DNA of 64,000 bases from a bacterium (GTDB lineage Bacteria > UBA8248 > JACPRG01 > G963555815): the NCBI GenBank assembly GCA_965261595.1, contig CBDHDG010000005.1, positions 832,001 to 896,000 on the forward strand. The letters run 5' to 3'. Position 1 is the stretch's first letter. Each line of letters opens with the position of its first letter. Shown piece after piece: positions 51,329-60,505 of this stretch. The translations under genes were made by a program, and so were the position numbers. A model generated the notes under the pieces. The model saw nothing but the letters and a program-made list of their open reading frames with translations, was not told where the DNA came from and searched no databases.

Positions 51329-52354
51329 TTACATGCCTCGAACCGGGAACACGCCCACGAAGTCATTGGTGTAGATCTCATCGACGCTGGGCTTCCGCTT
51401 CATCTTCTTGTACTTGTACATGGTGTCGATGGTGTTCTGCATTTTCTCCCGAAGCATGAAGCCGATCCCGGTCCTCTTCGTATTCTTGGTCAGCAGGACG
51501 TCTATGCCGACGTCGAAGTGGCCCCGTGCCACGTCACGCGAGACCGTCGGGTTCTTCTTGATGAAGCTCCCCACGGCCTTTGCGGGATTCTTCACCGACC
51601 AGTTGAATGCCTCCAGGGAGGCGATGACAAACCGCCGAGTACGATTCGGCTTGTTCTTGATGGTGTCCTCGTGGGCAATGATCCCGTTGGAATAGATATC
51701 CACCCCATAATCGGAGTAGTTGAACATCCCGACGGGTTTGCCAAGCTTCTTGGCCATCTTGAAGACGGTGGGATTCCGGGTGCGGTAGCTCGGGACCGCG
51801 TCCACCTTCTCGGCAAACAGGCTTGGGTCCTGGGCCGAGGCCTCCATGTTCACCCAGATGACTTTGCTGGGATCGAAGCCGGCGGCGGCGGCCATGGCGG
51901 GAAAGACGATCTTGGAGGAGTTCATCGGGGCGGACCCGATCTTCCTTCCCTCCAGGTCCTTCGGGGTCTTGATCCCCGACTTTTTCAAAAAGACGATGTT
52001 GAACAGGTTGTTGTGGTGAATCATGGCGATGAGCTTCACGCGCAAATCCGGGTTATTGGCCCTGCCAATAATCAAGGTCCCCGCGTCGGCATGGCCGTAC
52101 TCAGCCCCTTTCGCGCCAATGGTCTTGACCGCAAGGCCCGATCCCTTTCCGGGGATGATCTGCACGTCGAGACCGTACTTTTTGTAGATCCCGTACTCCA
52201 CCCCAGCGAAGAACTGGGCATGTTTTCCGTAGGGAACCCAGTCGAGGAAGAAATCTATCTTCTCGGCGGCCAAAGCACCGGACACCATCCCCCCAAGGGC
52301 CATCACCGCGCCTATGAGAACCGACACAAACGCGAAGCGAATTTTTCTTGCCAT
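51329..52354 (-). CDS. NMT1/THI5-like ABC substrate-binding protein
   Basis: Signal peptide; LDWVPYGKHA, GKGSG, GIKTPKDLEGRKIG, YSNGII, IYTNDF. Confidence 0.9.
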   Translation of the reverse strand: MARKIRFAFVSVLIGAVMALGGMVSGALAAEKIDFFLDWVPYGKHAQFFAGVEYGIYKKYGLDVQIIPGKGSGLAVKTIGAKGAEYGHADAGTLIIGRANNPDLRVKLIAMIHHNNLFNIVFLKKSGIKTPKDLEGRKIGSAPMNSSKIVFPAMAAAAGFDPSKVIWVNMEASAQDPSLFAEKVDAVPSYRTRNPTVFKMAKKLGKPVGMFNYSDYGVDIYSNGIIAHEDTIKNKPNRTRRFVIASLEAFNWSVKNPAKAVGSFIKKNPTVSRDVARGHFDVGIDVLLTKNTKRTGIGFMLREKMQNTIDTMYKYKKMKRKPSVDEIYTNDFVGVFPVRGM

Positions 52355-52637
52355 GAATGCAACCCTCCTCAGGTTAACTTGCGCGGCAGACAACCTCATG
52401 TCGGGTTACCCCCCCGCCATTCCGGGACATCGTCTCACCCACATCCGGTGGGTTGAGTCGAGGCGCTTCCAGCGCCGCCGGATTGTGGAGAACCTTCTCA
52501 ATGGTATGCTCTTCCATTGGGAGGGATCCCCACCCAATTCCGGAGGTGAAACGAAACATCCGCTCGACCTCACGGCAACGTCATCTATCAAAGGCAAACG
52601 TATTTTGGCAGATGATGACATCCATAATCAACCCTTT

Positions 52638-54308
52638 TCAGTGTAATTTGTCCAGGACGGGTCCGCCGAAGGGTGCGGCGTATGGGCCGATGGCCTCCAT
52701 GTCCACCTCGACCATGCTCGGTTTGCCCGCCTCCAGGGCGGCGCGCAGCCCGGGCCCGAACGCCGCGGGCGCGTCCACGTGGAACGCCTCGAAACCGAAG
52801 GTTTCCGCCAGCCGCGTCAAGCCGGGCGCCTGAAGGTCCACACCGAAGACGCGGCCCCCATAGCCGACTTTCTGGATGTTCCGGATGACCCCGTATCCCC
52901 GGTCATTGAATACGAGAAGGACCAGCGACAGGTTTTCCTGCGCGGCGGTGGCCATCTCCCCGACGTTCACGAACAGTCCGCCGTCCCCGCACAGGACGAC
53001 CACCTGCCTGTCCGGCGCGGCCGCCTTTGCCCCGATGCCCATCGCAAGGCCCTGGCCGATGCCCCCTCCGGCGGCGTGCGCGGACGAGCGCGGCCCGTAA
53101 ATCTCGAACAGCCGGTTTCCCCACGTGCTGTTGGAGATGGTGACGTCCCGGACGAAGACGGCGTCGCGCTCCAACGTCTCCCGCAGGGTGTCCACCATCT
53201 CCGCGTACGGCCCCAAGGTCTCCCGCAGCGCCTTTCGGGCCCGGTCCCTCGCTTCACCGACGAGGGAGGCGAACGCCGGATTTTGGTTGGAGCGCCCCGA
53301 GAGGCGCTCCAGGATGCGCTCCAGACTCCGCCGCGCGTCTCCCCGGACAAAATGGGACGCGGGATAATTTCGGTTCCGGGCCGCGGGGTCGGCGTCGAGG
53401 GTCAGAAGATTCTCCGGGAAGGGCAGGGTCCAGTTCTTCGTCTCGTGGCCGCGCGGGTGCGAGCCGATCAGGATCATCAAATCGCATTCCGAATACAGGG
53501 GAAGGACCTCTTTCGAGTGGCCGAAGTTGCCGATGCAAAGGGGGTGATCCTCCGGGAGGACGCCCCGCCCACACGCGCTGGTCATCACGCCCGCCGTCCG
53601 GAGCTCCGCCAAGGCCTGAAGCATTTTTCCCGCGCCGGACCCGAGGGCGCCCCCGCCCGCCCAGATGAGGGGCCGCTTCGCCGCCAGGATGCATTCGGCG
53701 GCCCGGCTGACCGCCTCCTCATCCGGTTCCGGAGCCGAAACCCGCGAGTTCCACGCCGCGTCCCATCCGTCCGGGACGGGGGCCTTCTGGATATCGATGG
53801 GGATCTCGACGCTCACGGGTCCGGCCGGGGGGGTCCAGGCCTCCCGGTGGGCGTTTCGCAAGATGTCGACGAGCGCGGCGGAAGACAAGACCCGATAGGT
53901 CCGCTTCGAGACGCTCGTGAGCATCCCGAGCTGATCCTTCGTCTCGTGCAGATAGCCCTTGGCCGCGTCCAGGTAAGGGGTTTCGATCTGGCCGGTCAGG
54001 TGAAGCAGGGGGGTCCCGGCCGTCAGGGCCTCCACCAGGGCCCCCGCCGCGTTCCCCGCTCCGGGGCCGGTGGAGGTCACGACGACGCCCAACCCCCCCG
54101 ATATCCGGGCGTAGGCGTCCGCCATGTTGACGGCCCCCGCCTCGCTCCGGGCGGGGACGTAGCGAATCCGCCCGGAACGCTCGATCGCGTCCAGGATGGG
54201 CAGGTTGTGGACGCTGATGACGCCGAAGACGCACCGGACGCCGCAGGCGTCCAGGAAGCTTTCAACGATATCGCCGCCGGATGGGAAGTCTTGTCGAGTG
54301 TCGTCCAT
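52638..54308 (-). CDS. Thiamine pyrophosphate-binding enzyme (acetolactate synthase-like)
   Basis: FGVISVHN, RSEAGAVNMADAYAR, STGPG, GDGG..N motif. Confidence 0.92.
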   Translation of the reverse strand: MDDTRQDFPSGGDIVESFLDACGVRCVFGVISVHNLPILDAIERSGRIRYVPARSEAGAVNMADAYARISGGLGVVVTSTGPGAGNAAGALVEALTAGTPLLHLTGQIETPYLDAAKGYLHETKDQLGMLTSVSKRTYRVLSSAALVDILRNAHREAWTPPAGPVSVEIPIDIQKAPVPDGWDAAWNSRVSAPEPDEEAVSRAAECILAAKRPLIWAGGGALGSGAGKMLQALAELRTAGVMTSACGRGVLPEDHPLCIGNFGHSKEVLPLYSECDLMILIGSHPRGHETKNWTLPFPENLLTLDADPAARNRNYPASHFVRGDARRSLERILERLSGRSNQNPAFASLVGEARDRARKALRETLGPYAEMVDTLRETLERDAVFVRDVTISNSTWGNRLFEIYGPRSSAHAAGGGIGQGLAMGIGAKAAAPDRQVVVLCGDGGLFVNVGEMATAAQENLSLVLLVFNDRGYGVIRNIQKVGYGGRVFGVDLQAPGLTRLAETFGFEAFHVDAPAAFGPGLRAALEAGKPSMVEVDMEAIGPYAAPFGGPVLDKLH

Positions 54309-54328
54309 AATTTCCGGGAGGGCGAGCG

Positions 54329-55123
54329 TTATACGAACCGGCCGACGCCGCCCGAGATTTCGAGCGTGGCGCCGGTGATGTAGCCGGCGCGTTCGGAGCA
54401 GAGGAAGGCGATGGCGGCGGCGACCTCCTCCGGTTTGCCGAACCGGCCCAGGGGCACGCCCTTTTCGCGCGCGGTCCGGTCCAGCCACGCCGACTCGGAG
54501 AGGCCCGATTCCTGTCCCCCTCCCTCATAGCGCCCGCGCCATTGGTTGCTTTCGATGAGGCCGAGGATGACGCTGTTGACGAGGATCCCCATGGGGGCGA
54601 ACTCGCGGGCCATCGACTTGGACAGGTTCAGGGCGCCGCTCCGGGCGGCGCTCGTGGCGACCATGTGCGCCTCCGGCTGGCGCGACAGGACGGCGTTCAC
54701 GTTGACGACGCGCGGCGCGGGGCTTCGCTGAAGCGCCGGCAGGAGGCGGCGCGTCATGTGGATGATCCCGAAAAACTTCTTGTCGATCTCCTCCCGCCAC
54801 GCCTCGTCGGTTGTATCGGCAAACGTGCTCACCCGCCCCCCGCCGGCGTTGTTGACCAGGATGTCCGCCGACCCGAACCTTTCCAGGATCTTTTCGACGA
54901 ACCCTTCCACTTGCTCCGGCGAAAGGACGTCGCAGGGGGAGGAGAAGAGACGCTCGCCGAAATCCGCCTCCAGCGTCTTCGCCGCCGCGGACAGACGCTC
55001 CCGGCCCCGGGCGCAGATGGCTACGCCGGCCCCCTCCTCGAGGAACGTCCGGGCGGTCGCCAGACCGATCCCCGAGCTTCCCCCGGTGACGACCGCGACT
55101 TTGTCTTCCAGTCCGAGATCCAT
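54329..55123 (-). CDS. SDR family oxidoreductase (TxxxR active-site variant)
   Basis: TGGSSGIG, NNAG, HMVATSAAR. Confidence 0.9.
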   Translation of the reverse strand: MDLGLEDKVAVVTGGSSGIGLATARTFLEEGAGVAICARGRERLSAAAKTLEADFGERLFSSPCDVLSPEQVEGFVEKILERFGSADILVNNAGGGRVSTFADTTDEAWREEIDKKFFGIIHMTRRLLPALQRSPAPRVVNVNAVLSRQPEAHMVATSAARSGALNLSKSMAREFAPMGILVNSVILGLIESNQWRGRYEGGGQESGLSESAWLDRTAREKGVPLGRFGKPEEVAAAIAFLCSERAGYITGATLEISGGVGRFV

Positions 55124-55156
55124 CTTTCTCTCGCTCCGCGCGCCTGCATGGACGTG

Positions 55157-56005
55157 CTAGGCGCGTTGTTGCTCCGCCTTGGAGAGATCGGCCGACGCAA
55201 GGAAGGCGAGGATCTCCCCGTTGTAGGCCGCCGGCTTCTCCTGATGGCCGGCATGGCCGGCGTCCGGAATCAACTTCAACCGCCCGTCGGGCAGGAGATC
55301 GAGGATCGCCCGGGACTCCGCGACGGGCGTGATTTTGTCCTCTTCTCCGCACAAAACGAGGGTGGGCGCGTGGACGCGCCGGAGCGCCTTCGTGACGTCG
55401 GTGCCGGAGAGCATGACGGCGGCCTGCCGATAACCCTCGGGCCGGACCTCGGCCATGACCGCTTCGATCCGCCCCACGAGATCGGCCGAAGCCTTTGCGG
55501 AGACAAGGCGGGGCGCGCGGGCCCGGGCCATCCCCGCCGGTCCCAGCTCATCAAGTGCCCGGAGCCGGTCCTTCAGACGGGCCTCGCGTTCTTCATCGGG
55601 GTGGACGCCCCCGCCGCGCGTGCTGTCCGCCAGGACCAATCCACGGACCCTCGAAGAATGCCGGGCCGCGAAGATGGCGGCGATGGCCCCGCCCATCGAG
55701 TGTCCGACGACGTGCGCCGAACCGATCTCCAGTTCCCCGAAAAGCCCCGCGAGGGCGTCGGCATAGTCCTCGACGCGCGGGGGGGGCAGGGAGTCTCCTG
55801 TGCTCAATATCGAGGACCCGCCGTATCCCGGCGCGTCCCAGGCGATGACGCGATAAGCGGGGGAGAGGCCCTCGAACTGGCGGTCCCACGTCAGGGAGCT
55901 GGAGCCGATTCCGTGAAGCAGGACGATGGGCGCGCCCCGGCCGGCTTCCCGATAGGCCAGTGTGAGGTCTCCATATTCGACGAACCGGCTCGGGGGTGGA
56001 TGCAT
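55157..56005 (-). CDS. Alpha/beta hydrolase
   Basis: LLHGIG, DAPGYG, GHSMGG, GEEDKIT, AGH. Confidence 0.92.
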   Translation of the reverse strand: MHPPPSRFVEYGDLTLAYREAGRGAPIVLLHGIGSSSLTWDRQFEGLSPAYRVIAWDAPGYGGSSILSTGDSLPPPRVEDYADALAGLFGELEIGSAHVVGHSMGGAIAAIFAARHSSRVRGLVLADSTRGGGVHPDEEREARLKDRLRALDELGPAGMARARAPRLVSAKASADLVGRIEAVMAEVRPEGYRQAAVMLSGTDVTKALRRVHAPTLVLCGEEDKITPVAESRAILDLLPDGRLKLIPDAGHAGHQEKPAAYNGEILAFLASADLSKAEQQRA

Positions 56006-56028
56006 GAATGACCATTTGGAAGCGGGGC

Positions 56029-56826
56029 TCAGTGCAGGACAAAGCCCCCGTTTACGGCAAGGAGCTGGCCGGTGATGAAATCCGCCCCATCCGAGAGGAG
56101 GAAAACGGCCGCGCCGGTCACGTCCTCCGGAAACTGCTCCCGGCGGAGGGCCCGGCCCTGAACGTACATCTCGTGGCGGGAGGCAGCCACGGTCTCCGTG
56201 GCCTCGACCCGGGTCAACCCCGGCGCGATCGCGTTCACCGCAATGTTGTCCTCTCCCAGCTCCCGGGCCAAGGCGCGGGTCATCGCGATGAGGGCGGCCT
56301 TGCCGCTCACATAGTGCAGCAGGACGGGGGCGCCCCAAAGGGCGGTGTCCGACGCTACGTTCACAATCTTTCCGCGCGGCGCTTGGCGCAGGAAGGGGAG
56401 GACCGCCTTGCAGGCGAGCCAAGGTCCGCGGACGTTGACGCGCATCACGCGGTCCCATTCCTCGACCGGGATGTCCTCGAACCCCTTGCCCCCGATGCCG
56501 GACGCGATGGCGGCGTTGTTGACGAGGCCGTCGATCCTTCCCCAACGGCTGGCGGCCTCCTCGGCCATCCGGCGGACGGAGGACCAGTCGGCCACGTCGG
56601 TCCGGATGAACCAGGCTTCGTTCCCCGCGGCCTGTAGGTCGTCGGTGGCCCGTTCGCCCCATGCTTCGACGAGTTCCGCCACAACAACCCGCGCCCCGGC
56701 GCGGCAGGCGGCCTCGGCGAACGCGCGCCCGAGGCCGCGGCCGGCCCCGGTGACGATCACGACTTTCCCCTCGAGCGATGGGGCGGGGGGCCGGCTGGGC
56801 GGAGGGGGGGGAGCGTTGGAAGAAAT
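56029..56826 (-). CDS. SDR family oxidoreductase (apparent ATT start at 56826)
   Basis: LEGKVVIVTGAGRGLG, NNAA, HYVSGK, VNGG; no ATG upstream; GAGGT RBS 7 nt before ATT. Confidence 0.88.
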   Translation of the reverse strand: MSSNAPPPPPSRPPAPSLEGKVVIVTGAGRGLGRAFAEAACRAGARVVVAELVEAWGERATDDLQAAGNEAWFIRTDVADWSSVRRMAEEAASRWGRIDGLVNNAAIASGIGGKGFEDIPVEEWDRVMRVNVRGPWLACKAVLPFLRQAPRGKIVNVASDTALWGAPVLLHYVSGKAALIAMTRALARELGEDNIAVNAIAPGLTRVEATETVAASRHEMYVQGRALRREQFPEDVTGAAVFLLSDGADFITGQLLAVNGGFVLH

Positions 56827-56850
56827 GGTTCGGACCTCGCGGCCGGTTTG

Positions 56851-58026
56851 TCAGCCCACGGCCGCCGGAAACTCGGTGCGGAAGTGGGGTATCACTTCCT
56901 TGGCGAAGATCTCGAGATTTTTCAGCGTGAGATCCGCGGGGAGGCTCCCGAAGTTCAGCGTCGCCACGATAAAACCGATGCCCGAATCCTTTTCGTACGC
57001 CTTCAGGCGGTCCCGAATGGTCGCCGCGCTTCCCACCATGATCATCGCCTTTTCGTTCATTTCGCGCAGGTTGTGCGGTTTTTTAACAGCCTTGTTTCCG
57101 TGGCCGAGTCCGCCGGAATCGTCTTTTTTGACCCGCGCCATAGACCGCGCAGTGATGTAGCCCGGGGGGAAGAACTGTTGGATGGGCCGCTTGAGAAGTT
57201 TGTTGAAGAAATAGTTGAGGTGGGCCTCGGCCTCCTCCCACGCGCGCTCATCCGTTTCGGCCACGTAGATGGGGATGTTCCAGCCCAACTGGTCCGGCGC
57301 CGCTTCGTAACAGTTTTTCCGGGCCTGTTCTTTGTACTCATCCAGGACGCGTTTCACCTGTGAGTAGGGCGAGAAGACGTGCATGTAGGGATATCGCCGC
57401 TCGGCGGAGAAGATGACCGTCTCGATGCTTCCTTGCCCCGGCATCCACACGGGCGGATGCGGCTTTTGGAGGGGCCGGGGCCAGGGGTTGACGTAACGGA
57501 AGTTGTAATGTTTTCCCTCGAAAGAGAAGGGGCCCGCTTCCGTCCAGGCGCGGATGATCAGGTCGTGGACCTCGAAGAACCTTTCCCGGGACGTTGTGGG
57601 GTCCATGCTGAAGGCGGTGTATTCATCCCCCACCCCCCGGACAAAGCCCGAGATGATGCGTCCGCCGGAGATCACGTCCAGCATGGCCACTTCCTCGGCC
57701 ACCCGGAGGGGGTGATTCCGGAGGGGGAGGGCGTTGCCCAGGATGGCGATTTTGATGTGGCTTGTCCGCCGGGCCAGCGAGGCGGCCATGAGGTTGGGCG
57801 CGGGCATCAGGCCGTAGCAGGTCTGATGATGCTCGTTGACGCAAATGCCGTCATACCCCAACGTCTCGGCGTGCTCGAGGTGATCGAGGTATTGGTTGTA
57901 GAGGGTGTGGCCCGCCTCCGGATCGAAATGCTTGTTGGGGATTCTGGCCCAGGAAGTTCCATAGGTGTCCAGGTAATCGTCCGGCATGTTCGGGTAGGGC
58001 ATCAGATGGAAGAAGTAGAATTTCAA
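56851..58026 (-). CDS. LLM class flavin-dependent oxidoreductase (luciferase-like monooxygenase)
   Basis: NEHH, PLRVAEEVAMLDVISGGR, PRPLQKPHPP; TTG start. Confidence 0.92.
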   Translation of the reverse strand: MKFYFFHLMPYPNMPDDYLDTYGTSWARIPNKHFDPEAGHTLYNQYLDHLEHAETLGYDGICVNEHHQTCYGLMPAPNLMAASLARRTSHIKIAILGNALPLRNHPLRVAEEVAMLDVISGGRIISGFVRGVGDEYTAFSMDPTTSRERFFEVHDLIIRAWTEAGPFSFEGKHYNFRYVNPWPRPLQKPHPPVWMPGQGSIETVIFSAERRYPYMHVFSPYSQVKRVLDEYKEQARKNCYEAAPDQLGWNIPIYVAETDERAWEEAEAHLNYFFNKLLKRPIQQFFPPGYITARSMARVKKDDSGGLGHGNKAVKKPHNLREMNEKAMIMVGSAATIRDRLKAYEKDSGIGFIVATLNFGSLPADLTLKNLEIFAKEVIPHFRTEFPAAVG

Positions 58027-58165
58027 TTACGCCTCTCGTGAAGTGGAGTTCTGAAGTCCGTCATGTCCTTCGGCGCGCTCGGTCGAGAAGGACCCTGTTG
58101 GGTCAAGACCCGGCGGGTCAAGGCTCCGCGGGTCCGAACCATGGGGTCTTTTTCGCGCCCTCCGG

Positions 58166-59191
58166 TCAGGACGCCCCGTTCTCGGTGTAGCGGCGGACCT
58201 CTTTCGTCATCAGCCGCCGCATCTGGATCACGCCGACGTCCGATTCACAGAGACGCTCGTGGTGCCGGGCCGCCTGCTCGATGGCCTCGAGGGCCACGCG
58301 GTCCTGTTCAAGGACCGTCCAGTGCTTGGCCTCCAGCCGCGTCTTGTACAGGGCGCGCCAGAGCCGCTTGCGCCAACCGGTGATCTTTCGGCCCCGGAAA
58401 AAGTACGCCTGCGTGCAGTTCCGATCGACCGGGGTGATGAAGCAGACCACGCGCATCACCCCGCCGGGTCCCGCGCTCCTCGGCAACGGGATGTCGAGGC
58501 GAAACCAATGGATCCCGGTGTGGCGATATTCCGACCAGTCGAAGTTGACCCCCTTCTGTCCCTCCCGTTCTACCCGGAAGCCGTTATCGAAGTCGATCAC
58601 GCGCATCGAGTCGCCCTTGGCGCCGAACCGAAGGGTGTAGGACTTGGCGTGCAGGAAGGGGCCGTGCATCGGGTCGACCAGGTTGTCGACGATGTAGAGC
58701 CAGTTGATATTCCATTTCGCCCGGGCGATGAACCAAGTCCACGCGGGGTCGGTCACCTCTTCGGCCAGCGTCAGCGGCGGAGCCGGATAACGCTCCTCGT
58801 CTCCGAAGTAGGCCCACAACATCCCGCAACGCTCTTCCAGGCGGTACCCTTGTATTTTCAGGTTTCCGATGAGGGCGCTCTTGATGGAGGCCGGGACCTC
58901 ACGGCAGACGCCGTCTCCATCGTACTGGATTCCGTGATACCAGCAGGCGAGGTTTCCGTCCACCACGTCTCCCTGGGACAGGGCGGAGCCCCGGTGGGGG
59001 CAGAAGTCCGGGAAGAGATGGGCCGTGCCGGAGCGATCCCGCCACAGGACAAGATCCTTTTCCAGGCGGCGGACGCTGACGGGTTTTTCTTTCAGTTCGT
59101 CCGAAGGCAGGATCGCGTGCCAGCAATTGGGCATGCCATCCACGAGGGCTTCATCGAACATGGAGCTTTGTTTCGCTGTCTTCGTCTCCAT
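58166..59191 (-). CDS. Rieske non-heme iron oxygenase alpha subunit
   Basis: CPHRG..CWYHG; DNLVDPMHGPFLH; EQDR. Confidence 0.93.
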   Translation of the reverse strand: METKTAKQSSMFDEALVDGMPNCWHAILPSDELKEKPVSVRRLEKDLVLWRDRSGTAHLFPDFCPHRGSALSQGDVVDGNLACWYHGIQYDGDGVCREVPASIKSALIGNLKIQGYRLEERCGMLWAYFGDEERYPAPPLTLAEEVTDPAWTWFIARAKWNINWLYIVDNLVDPMHGPFLHAKSYTLRFGAKGDSMRVIDFDNGFRVEREGQKGVNFDWSEYRHTGIHWFRLDIPLPRSAGPGGVMRVVCFITPVDRNCTQAYFFRGRKITGWRKRLWRALYKTRLEAKHWTVLEQDRVALEAIEQAARHHERLCESDVGVIQMRRLMTKEVRRYTENGAS

Positions 59192-59247
59192 CGCCGGTCT
59201 CCTGGCGCGCCGATGCGCGCAAATTTCCGGGGTCGGAGGGTCGCCGA

Positions 59248-59748
59248 CTATTTCCTGCGCAGCTTCTCCAACGGGTGATCGGGCGGGTAGGTGGGGGTCT
59301 GCGGCTTGGACGCCCCCAGCATGACGCACATGAGCGCCTCCTCGTCGGTGTTGTTGAGGATTCCACGGTGCACCCCCGGGGGAACGGAAATCAAGTCGCG
59401 GACGTTGAGGATCCTCTCGGCCCGTTCACCATCCCGTTCAACGTACACCGTCACCTCCCCTTTGAGGATGAAGAAAACCTCTTCCACGTCGGAATGCAGA
59501 TGTGAGGGGCCCTCGCACCGGGGGGGAAGAACCATGGTGCTGAAGGTGAAGTGATCGGCCGGGACGACGTTGGAGTCGCTTGCCACGCCCGTGCCGCCGG
59601 TTCCGATGTAGCGAATCTGGCCGCGGCGGTATTTTTGATCGTAGTCCGCCTGGAACTTCAAGGCGTCAAAGTCCGGCTCGCGGTCGGCCAGGCGGGCGAT
59701 CTGCCGGTCCATCATCTCGTCAAGGCTCAGGTTTTCGGTCTCCGACAT
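59248..59748 (-). CDS. Cupin domain protein
   Basis: GPSHLHSDVEEVFFILKG, PPGVHRG. Confidence 0.9.
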   Translation of the reverse strand: MSETENLSLDEMMDRQIARLADREPDFDALKFQADYDQKYRRGQIRYIGTGGTGVASDSNVVPADHFTFSTMVLPPRCEGPSHLHSDVEEVFFILKGEVTVYVERDGERAERILNVRDLISVPPGVHRGILNNTDEEALMCVMLGASKPQTPTYPPDHPLEKLRRK

Positions 59749-59861
59749 CGAAGGCTCCTTTGGTCAGGTTCTCGGGTGCTGCTCCCGGATCATCGACCGG
59801 TGCGGGCCGGATGTCGGGATCGTCTCCGGTTTCCCGTCCTCCCCCCCCGCCACCCCTTCGC

Positions 59862-60152
59862 TCAGGCGTATTCCGGAACGACCCGCACGGGAACGAAAGG
59901 TCCCTCGGCCAGGGCGGCCATCAGCCACGATTCGAATCGGTGCTGGGCGGCCAATGTCTCCTCCACATCGGCGTCTACGTCGATCCGGATCCGAATATAG
60001 GCCCGGTTCGAATCCTTCGGGTGTCGCACCAGAGAGAATTCCACGTCGCGGAACCCGGGAAATACCTCGGACGCCTTGTCCCGGGCCTGATCCAGCGTCT
60101 TCTGACAACCCCGGTCCGCTGAGAATCGTTGAACGTCGCCGGGAAGGGTCAT
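59862..60152 (-). CDS. Hypothetical protein (96 aa)
   Basis: Compact ORF with protein-like alpha/beta pattern; no family recognised. Confidence 0.55.
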   Translation of the reverse strand: MTLPGDVQRFSADRGCQKTLDQARDKASEVFPGFRDVEFSLVRHPKDSNRAYIRIRIDVDADVEETLAAQHRFESWLMAALAEGPFVPVRVVPEYA

Positions 60153-60505
60153 GGGTCAATTGGACGTCCGTCGAGCTTCTTGAGCCCCCCCCCCCCCGCG
60201 CTTAACCCGCCTCGATGCGTGACGGATTGAACAACAGAACGGCCCCGCAATCCGCCTCCTTCTCCAAGCCGCGGGTTTGAGGGTTTCGGGTCCGCCAGCG
60301 CTGAACGGCGGACCCGTCGAGGCGGTTGACAACCAAGCTGCATCGTACTTCAGGGCCAACCCGATTGCAATCGTTTCGGGCTGTGGGTTTGGCCTGTGGC
60401 GCGCGCTTTTTCTTGGGTCGACGGCGCCTCTCGTCGCCCGATTTCCCCGCTTCTTTCCATCCACCAACACCCGATTCCGCCTATTGCATTGGTCGGCAAG
60501 GGGCG

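Noticed and set aside
59960..60031. tRNA-like GGTTCGAATCC...CACCA
   Set aside because: T-stem does not pair (CCCGG/CCTTC), no D or anticodon arms, and it lies antisense within an ORF
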